Shown: positions 45,045 through 49,127 of the stretch, one piece after another
Layout: the number at the start of each line of letters is the position of its first letter
How positions within the stretch are numbered: position 1 is the stretch's first letter
Assembly (NCBI GenBank): GCA_024277055.1
Contig: JAJRVZ010000063.1
Span: 1-49,127 of the forward strand
Direction: 5' to 3'
From: Calditrichota bacterium
GTDB lineage: Bacteria; Calditrichota; Calditrichia; JAJRVZ01
DNA length: 49,127 nt
Position numbers and translations under genes: made by a program
The notes under the pieces: model-generated
The model's input: only the letters and a program-made list of their open reading frames with translations
Database searches by the model: none
What the model was told of the DNA's origin: nothing

Positions 45045-45165
45045 TAGCACGGAAATCGCAGAGAAATTAATAATATTGATCCTGGAAAAACACGGAATGG
45101 ACGCGGATCAATTGAAAAGCCAAAGTACTATTTTTTTCTCAGTTCCCTCTGTGTTTCCGTGGCTA
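45045..45165. repeat. 121-nt element with imperfect terminal inverted repeats and a nested inverted repeat (MITE-like or structured RNA) in the hypC-hypD spacer
   Basis: The left arm is TAGCACGGAAATCGCAGAG (45045-45063). The reverse complement of the right arm (45147-45165) is TAGCCACGGAAACACAGAG. The inner repeat is TTGATCC (45076-45082) paired with GGATCAA (45105-45111). Confidence 0.4.
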
Positions 45166-45181
45166 ACAAAAGGTGCGATAT

Positions 45182-46264
45182 ATGAAATATAAAGACGAAT
45201 ACAGAGATGCGACAGCCGCTCGGAATCTTTCCGGAGCCATACGTAAATCGGTAAGCAAACCATGGACAATCATGGAAATATGCGGCGGACAAACCCATGC
45301 GATCATGAAATACGGTCTGGAGGATCTGCTTCCGGAGGAGATAACACTGGTTCATGGTCCGGGTTGCCCGGTGTGCGTAACCCCGCTGGAAATGATTGAC
45401 AAGGCTATCGCCATCGCCAAACGGAATGACGTCATTTTCACCTCCTACGGGGACATGTTGCGCGTACCCGGCTCCGATGAAGATTTACTGAGCGTTAAAG
45501 CCAACGGCGGTGATGTGCGCATGGTCTATTCGCCAATGGATGCGGTGACCATTGCCGAAGAAAATCCCGATAAAAAAGTGGTGTTTTTCGGCGTGGGGTT
45601 TGAAACCACGGCGCCGGGTAACGGCATGACCGTGGCACAGGCTCACAAAAGGGGATTGACCAATTTCTCGCTGCTTTGTTCGCATGTGCTGGTGCCGCCG
45701 GCGATTGAAGCGATTCTGTCGATGGAGGGAACGCAGGTGCAGGGCTTTCTGGCTGCAGGACACGTCTGCACGGTAATGGGCTATGAGGAGTATCTGCCGC
45801 TGGCTGAGAAATTTAAAGTTCCGATCATCGTAACCGGCTTTGAGCCGGTGGATATTCTGCATGGCATTTATTTATGTGTACAGCAGCTGGAAGCCGGGCG
45901 TTTCGAAGTTGAAAATCAGTACAGTCGCGTGGTGCGCAAAGAAGGCAATCCGGCGGCCAAAGCGCTGCTGGCGGATGTTTTCGATGTGGTCGACCGTAAG
46001 TGGCGCGGCATCGGCAGGATTCCTGAAAGCGGTTTCGGCATCAGCGAAAAATATGCGGCCTATGATGCAGAACGAATATTTGATGTCGGTGATATTAAAG
46101 TAAACGAACCGGAAGTGTGTATCGCCGGTGCGGTGCTGCAGGGACTGAGGAAACCCGAAGAATGCGCGGCTTTTGGAAAAGAATGCACGCCGGAGCATCC
46201 GTTGGGCGCTCCGATGGTTTCTTCCGAAGGCGCCTGTGCGGCATATTTTCATTATGGGAAGTAA
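45182..46264 (+). CDS. hypD: Hydrogenase maturation protein HypD
   Basis: The ORF is 45173..46264, and I prefer ATG 45182 after AAGGTG (MKYKDEYRD...). Motifs are [18 protein letters not shown] and GFETTAP. Confidence 0.92.
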   Translation: MKYKDEYRDATAARNLSGAIRKSVSKPWTIMEICGGQTHAIMKYGLEDLLPEEITLVHGPGCPVCVTPLEMIDKAIAIAKRNDVIFTSYGDMLRVPGSDEDLLSVKANGGDVRMVYSPMDAVTIAEENPDKKVVFFGVGFETTAPGNGMTVAQAHKRGLTNFSLLCSHVLVPPAIEAILSMEGTQVQGFLAAGHVCTVMGYEEYLPLAEKFKVPIIVTGFEPVDILHGIYLCVQQLEAGRFEVENQYSRVVRKEGNPAAKALLADVFDVVDRKWRGIGRIPESGFGISEKYAAYDAERIFDVGDIKVNEPEVCIAGAVLQGLRKPEECAAFGKECTPEHPLGAPMVSSEGACAAYFHYGK

Positions 46265-46416
46265 TATGAAGATTAAAAGTTGAGAAGTTGAAATCATAAA
46301 TTGCTGAAGCGCATCTTTAAGGTTGAATAAATGTGACGGCGGCATTTAACTAAACTAAACTTTTCAACTCATAACCCTTGCTACATTAATAAGTTGCAGA
46401 ATATACAGGAAAAAAA

Positions 46417-47484
46417 ATGAGTGACAAACCCGATATCGATCTCTCGGGCGGATTTGCCTGTCCGATTCCTAAAAGTGAATACGATAAAGTGTTGCTGGCC
46501 CATGGCGGCGGAGGTACGCTTTCAAGCCAGCTGATACAAAAGATGTTTCTGCCGCAATTCGACAACCCGATGCTCAATCTGGAGCACGACGGGGCGGTGT
46601 TCGAAACCGGGGGGGCACGACTGGCATTCTCTACAGATTCCTATGTCGTGCAACCGATTTTTTTCCCCGGAGGCGATATCGGCGAACTGGCTGTAAACGG
46701 CACGGTCAACGATCTGGCCATGTGCGGCGCCAAACCACTGTACCTTTCCGTTGGGTTCATTATCGAAGAGGGGCTGCCGCTGGACGACCTGTGGCGGATT
46801 GTATTGTCAATGAAAACAGCTGCCGACAAGGCGGGCGTGCAGATCGTCACCGGCGACACCAAAGTGGTGGATCGGGGCAAAGGGGATAAGATTTTTATCA
46901 ATACCTCCGGCGTGGGGGTAATTGAAGAAGGGGTGAACAGCTCGCCCAAAAATTGTCGTCCCGGAGATAAAATCCTGCTCAGCGGACGCATCGCCGAGCA
47001 CGGCGTTACAATCATGTCGGCGCGTGAAGGGCTGGAATTCGAATCGGCGGTTCAAAGCGACTCGGCACCGTTGAACAAAATGGTGGAGGAGATGCTGGCG
47101 GTCAGTAAAAATATCCGCGTGCTGCGCGATCCGACCCGTGGCGGTGTTTCCAGTGCATTGAATGAGATTGCTTCCGCTGCCGGTATGGGCATGCTGATCG
47201 ACGAAACAAAAATCCCCATCACCGAAACCGTACGGGCCGCCTGCGATATCCTCGGACTCGATCCGCTGTACATTGCCAATGAAGGCAAATTGCTGGCGGT
47301 GGTTCCTGCCGAAGATGCGGAGGCGGTCTTAGCCGTTATGCGAAAAAACGAATTTGGCAGGCATGCGGCGATGATCGGCGAGGTGCTGGAAGAAAATTCA
47401 GGCCGGGTGGTAATGAAAACTTCCATCGGCAGTAAACGGGTTGTGGATATGCTTTCAGGAGAGCAGTTACCGCGGATTTGCTGA
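46417..47484 (+). CDS. hypE: Hydrogenase maturation protein HypE
   Basis: 355-aa ORF with an AIR-synthase-like fold (HGGGG, FPGGDIGELAVNGTVNDLAMCGA) and the canonical C-terminus PRIC. Confidence 0.92.
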   Translation: MSDKPDIDLSGGFACPIPKSEYDKVLLAHGGGGTLSSQLIQKMFLPQFDNPMLNLEHDGAVFETGGARLAFSTDSYVVQPIFFPGGDIGELAVNGTVNDLAMCGAKPLYLSVGFIIEEGLPLDDLWRIVLSMKTAADKAGVQIVTGDTKVVDRGKGDKIFINTSGVGVIEEGVNSSPKNCRPGDKILLSGRIAEHGVTIMSAREGLEFESAVQSDSAPLNKMVEEMLAVSKNIRVLRDPTRGGVSSALNEIASAAGMGMLIDETKIPITETVRAACDILGLDPLYIANEGKLLAVVPAEDAEAVLAVMRKNEFGRHAAMIGEVLEENSGRVVMKTSIGSKRVVDMLSGEQLPRIC

Positions 47485-47540
47485 ATCAGGGACGGACCCC
47501 CTTATTTACCTGTGGTGTTCAATTTTTCCGGAAACAGAAG

Positions 47541-47600
47541 CCGGAGAGTTAAGACATAAAAAAACAGAAAAAAAGAATATCTCTCCGGATTTTGCGTTTC
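47541..47600 (+). terminator. Possible hypE terminator: 8-bp GC-rich stem with a large A-rich loop
   Basis: CCGGAGAG (47541-47548), a 32-nt loop and CTCTCCGG (47581-47588), followed by ATTTTGCGTTT. The loop is unusually large for an intrinsic terminator. Confidence 0.35.
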
Positions 47601-47638
47601 AGGTTTTATCAAATCAATTAACTGTAATCGGAGAATTA

Positions 47639-48793
47639 TTGTACAATTTATTTTTTCTCATTGCATTTCTACTTTGGACCGGATGTTCAAACAGCGGGGT
47701 CCCGGACAATGGCCCGTTGAAAATAAAGGCAGCCTTTCCGAACCTGAAATTTAATCGTCCGGTGGACCTGCAGCATGCCGGAGACGGCAGTAACCGTTTT
47801 TTTGTCGTTGAACAGGCCGGGCGAATTTTCGTGTTCGGTAATTATTTCAACGTTACCCGACGCACGCTGTTTCTGGACATTCGCGAAAAGGTCAATGACT
47901 GGGGTAACGAAGAAGGACTGCTGGGGCTGGCCTTCCATCCGCAGTACAGGCAGAACGGCCGCTTCTTTGTTTACTACTCAGCTGACGGCCCGCGCCGTTC
48001 GGTGCTGGCGCAGTACAACGTATCCGGCAATAATCCCAATAAAGCCGATCCAAACAGTGAAAAAATAATTCTTGAAGTAAATCAACCCTACAGCAATCAC
48101 AATGGTGGACAGATACGCTTCGGTCCGGATGGATACCTGTATATTTCCCTTGGTGACGGCGGATCGGGTGGCGATCCGCAGGGCAACGGACAAAATCGTA
48201 AAACCCTGCTCGGTTCGATTTTGCGGATTGATGTCGATAAAACACAGAACGGTAAAAATTATGCTGTTCCGGTTGACAATCCCTTTACCGGAAACACCAG
48301 CGGCCGGCGGGAAGAAATCTACGCCTGGGGACTACGCAATGTATGGCGCTTCACTTTTGACCGCGTCGATGGTACGCTCTGGGCTGCGGATGTCGGGCAG
48401 AATCGCATCGAAGAAATCGACATTATCGAAAAGGGTAAAAACTATGGCTGGAACATCATGGAAGGCAGTAAGTGCTTCGAACCGTCCGAAAACTGTGATC
48501 AACGCGGACTGACCCTTCCGGTTCTCGATTATACCCATGAAGTCGGACAATCAATTACCGGCGGGTTCATGTATCGGGGTTCTGAAATCCCGCAATTGCA
48601 GGGCGCTTATATTTATGCCGATTTTGTCAGCGGCCGAATCTGGGCGCTACGCTACGACGGGCGGGAAGTAACAAGCAACGTACTATTGCAAAAAACCAGT
48701 CTGAACATTTCAACTTTTGGAGAGGATGAAGCCGGCGAATTGTATTTTTGCGCGTTTGACGGAATGATTTATCGATTTTACCGATCGGAATAA
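47639..48793 (+). CDS. PQQ-dependent (soluble) sugar dehydrogenase, sorbosone/aldose dehydrogenase family; lipoprotein
   Basis: The ORF is 47441..48793, but its first 66 codons overlap hypE and the hairpin. TTG 47639 lies 5 nt after GGAG and gives MYNLFFLIAFLLWTGC/SN (lipobox). Motifs are FFVVEQAGRI, EEGLLGLAFHP, NHNGGQIRFGPDGYLYISLGDGG, GLRNVWRFTFD and GELYF. Confidence 0.8.
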   Translation: MYNLFFLIAFLLWTGCSNSGVPDNGPLKIKAAFPNLKFNRPVDLQHAGDGSNRFFVVEQAGRIFVFGNYFNVTRRTLFLDIREKVNDWGNEEGLLGLAFHPQYRQNGRFFVYYSADGPRRSVLAQYNVSGNNPNKADPNSEKIILEVNQPYSNHNGGQIRFGPDGYLYISLGDGGSGGDPQGNGQNRKTLLGSILRIDVDKTQNGKNYAVPVDNPFTGNTSGRREEIYAWGLRNVWRFTFDRVDGTLWAADVGQNRIEEIDIIEKGKNYGWNIMEGSKCFEPSENCDQRGLTLPVLDYTHEVGQSITGGFMYRGSEIPQLQGAYIYADFVSGRIWALRYDGREVTSNVLLQKTSLNISTFGEDEAGELYFCAFDGMIYRFYRSE

Positions 48794-49127
48794 TGAAATT
48801 GTTTCTCTCTGCGAGCCTGTTTCAGTCGCTCCGGTTTACCCACATCGATCCACAAACAATCATCGGCCCGGAAGCCGGTGATCGGCTGGCCGTCAGCCGC
48901 CAGTTTTAAATACAATTCCACGATGGAAAAAATATTCTCTTCGGGAAAAAAAGCAAACAACCGCGGCGAAATAACATGGATGCCCATAAATGAAAGCCGC
49001 TGCAGACTGCCGCTTGTCTGCCGTACCCGCCGCACTTCCCCGCTTTGCAGATTTTCCCAGCCGCATAACAAGTCGTCCCCGTCAAACAAAAAGTAGCGGC
49101 TTGTATCCCGGTGACGTACAGCCAGCG
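48778..49127 (-). CDS. Sugar-phosphate nucleotidyltransferase, C-terminal part (MurU/mannose-1-P guanylyltransferase-like); 5' end off the window
   Basis: My own translation from the window edge reads LAVRHRDTSRYFLFDGDDLLCGWENLQSGEVRRV...FMGIHVISPRLF...ITGFRADDCLWIDVGKPERL. This is typical of the end of the NTP_transferase domain. It overlaps the convergent dehydrogenase gene by 16 nt. Confidence 0.6.
   Translation of the reverse strand, partial: LAVRHRDTSRYFLFDGDDLLCGWENLQSGEVRRVRQTSGSLQRLSFMGIHVISPRLFAFFPEENIFSIVELYLKLAADGQPITGFRADDCLWIDVGKPERLKQARREKQFHYSDR

Noticed and set aside
1-49127. A search by eye for CRISPR arrays, tandem repeats, rRNA/tRNA genes, transposases, integrases, reverse transcriptases, toxin-antitoxin pairs or known defence-system genes
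   Set aside because: None were found. The only repeat-like structures are the short inverted repeats reported above. A computational repeat, tRNA and Rfam scan would be needed to exclude small elements.

Overview
This is a 49.1-kb chromosomal window that is about 90% coding and holds roughly 47 protein genes. I found no rRNA, tRNA, CRISPR array, transposase, integrase or obvious defence gene. Many starts are preceded by GGAGG or AAGGAG Shine-Dalgarno sequences. The gene content and domain fusions suggest an environmental FCB-group-like lineage (Calditrichota or Ignavibacteriota-like), but that is only a guess. In order, the window contains the following.

- **1-4341, minus strand:** an envelope and glycan operon. 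It encodes a TPR lipoprotein, a DUF4292-like lipoprotein, a GT2 enzyme and an acetyltransferase fused in frame to a DegT aminotransferase.
- **4557-8713:** PBP1A, an EnvC-like M23 peptidase and an outer-membrane beta-barrel protein.
- **8996-11933:** a cysteine desulfurase and an ABC exporter.
- **12013-19594, minus strand:** a long run with a mitochondrial-type citrate synthase, an FmdB zinc ribbon, pta, coaD and rsmD. It ends with an uncharacterised type-IV-filament-like trio.
- **19842-23317:** a HEAT-cyclophilin lipoprotein, a TPR protein and a HAD hydrolase.
- **23365-25001:** cbiM, a PDGLE gene and cbiQ, with no ATPase gene.
- **25305-30695:** a glycan-tailoring block. It includes a GT4 gene broken by one in-frame TAG, an unknown 374-aa protein, a PIG-L deacetylase, a GT2, a methyltransferase and a sulfotransferase. 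Its distal part is clearly A/T-rich.
- **32007-33800:** a REC-DUF4388-ODP-like response regulator.
- **33916-36060:** a pterin cluster with two eukaryote-type PTPS genes, folE and an SDR.
- **36968-49127:** fumC, an NAD(P)HX epimerase, lutABC, hypF-C-D-E (with unusually long spacers), a PQQ-type sugar dehydrogenase and a partial nucleotidyltransferase.

Most of this is ordinary housekeeping. The best candidate for something undescribed is the pilin-like / PilM-like / PilN-O-like trio at 15790-19594. Next are the low-GC sulfo/methyl glycan island, the interrupted GT4 gene, the tandem-PTPS pterin cluster and a MITE-like inverted-repeat element inside the hyp operon. All functional calls come from my own reading of motifs, since no database search was possible.
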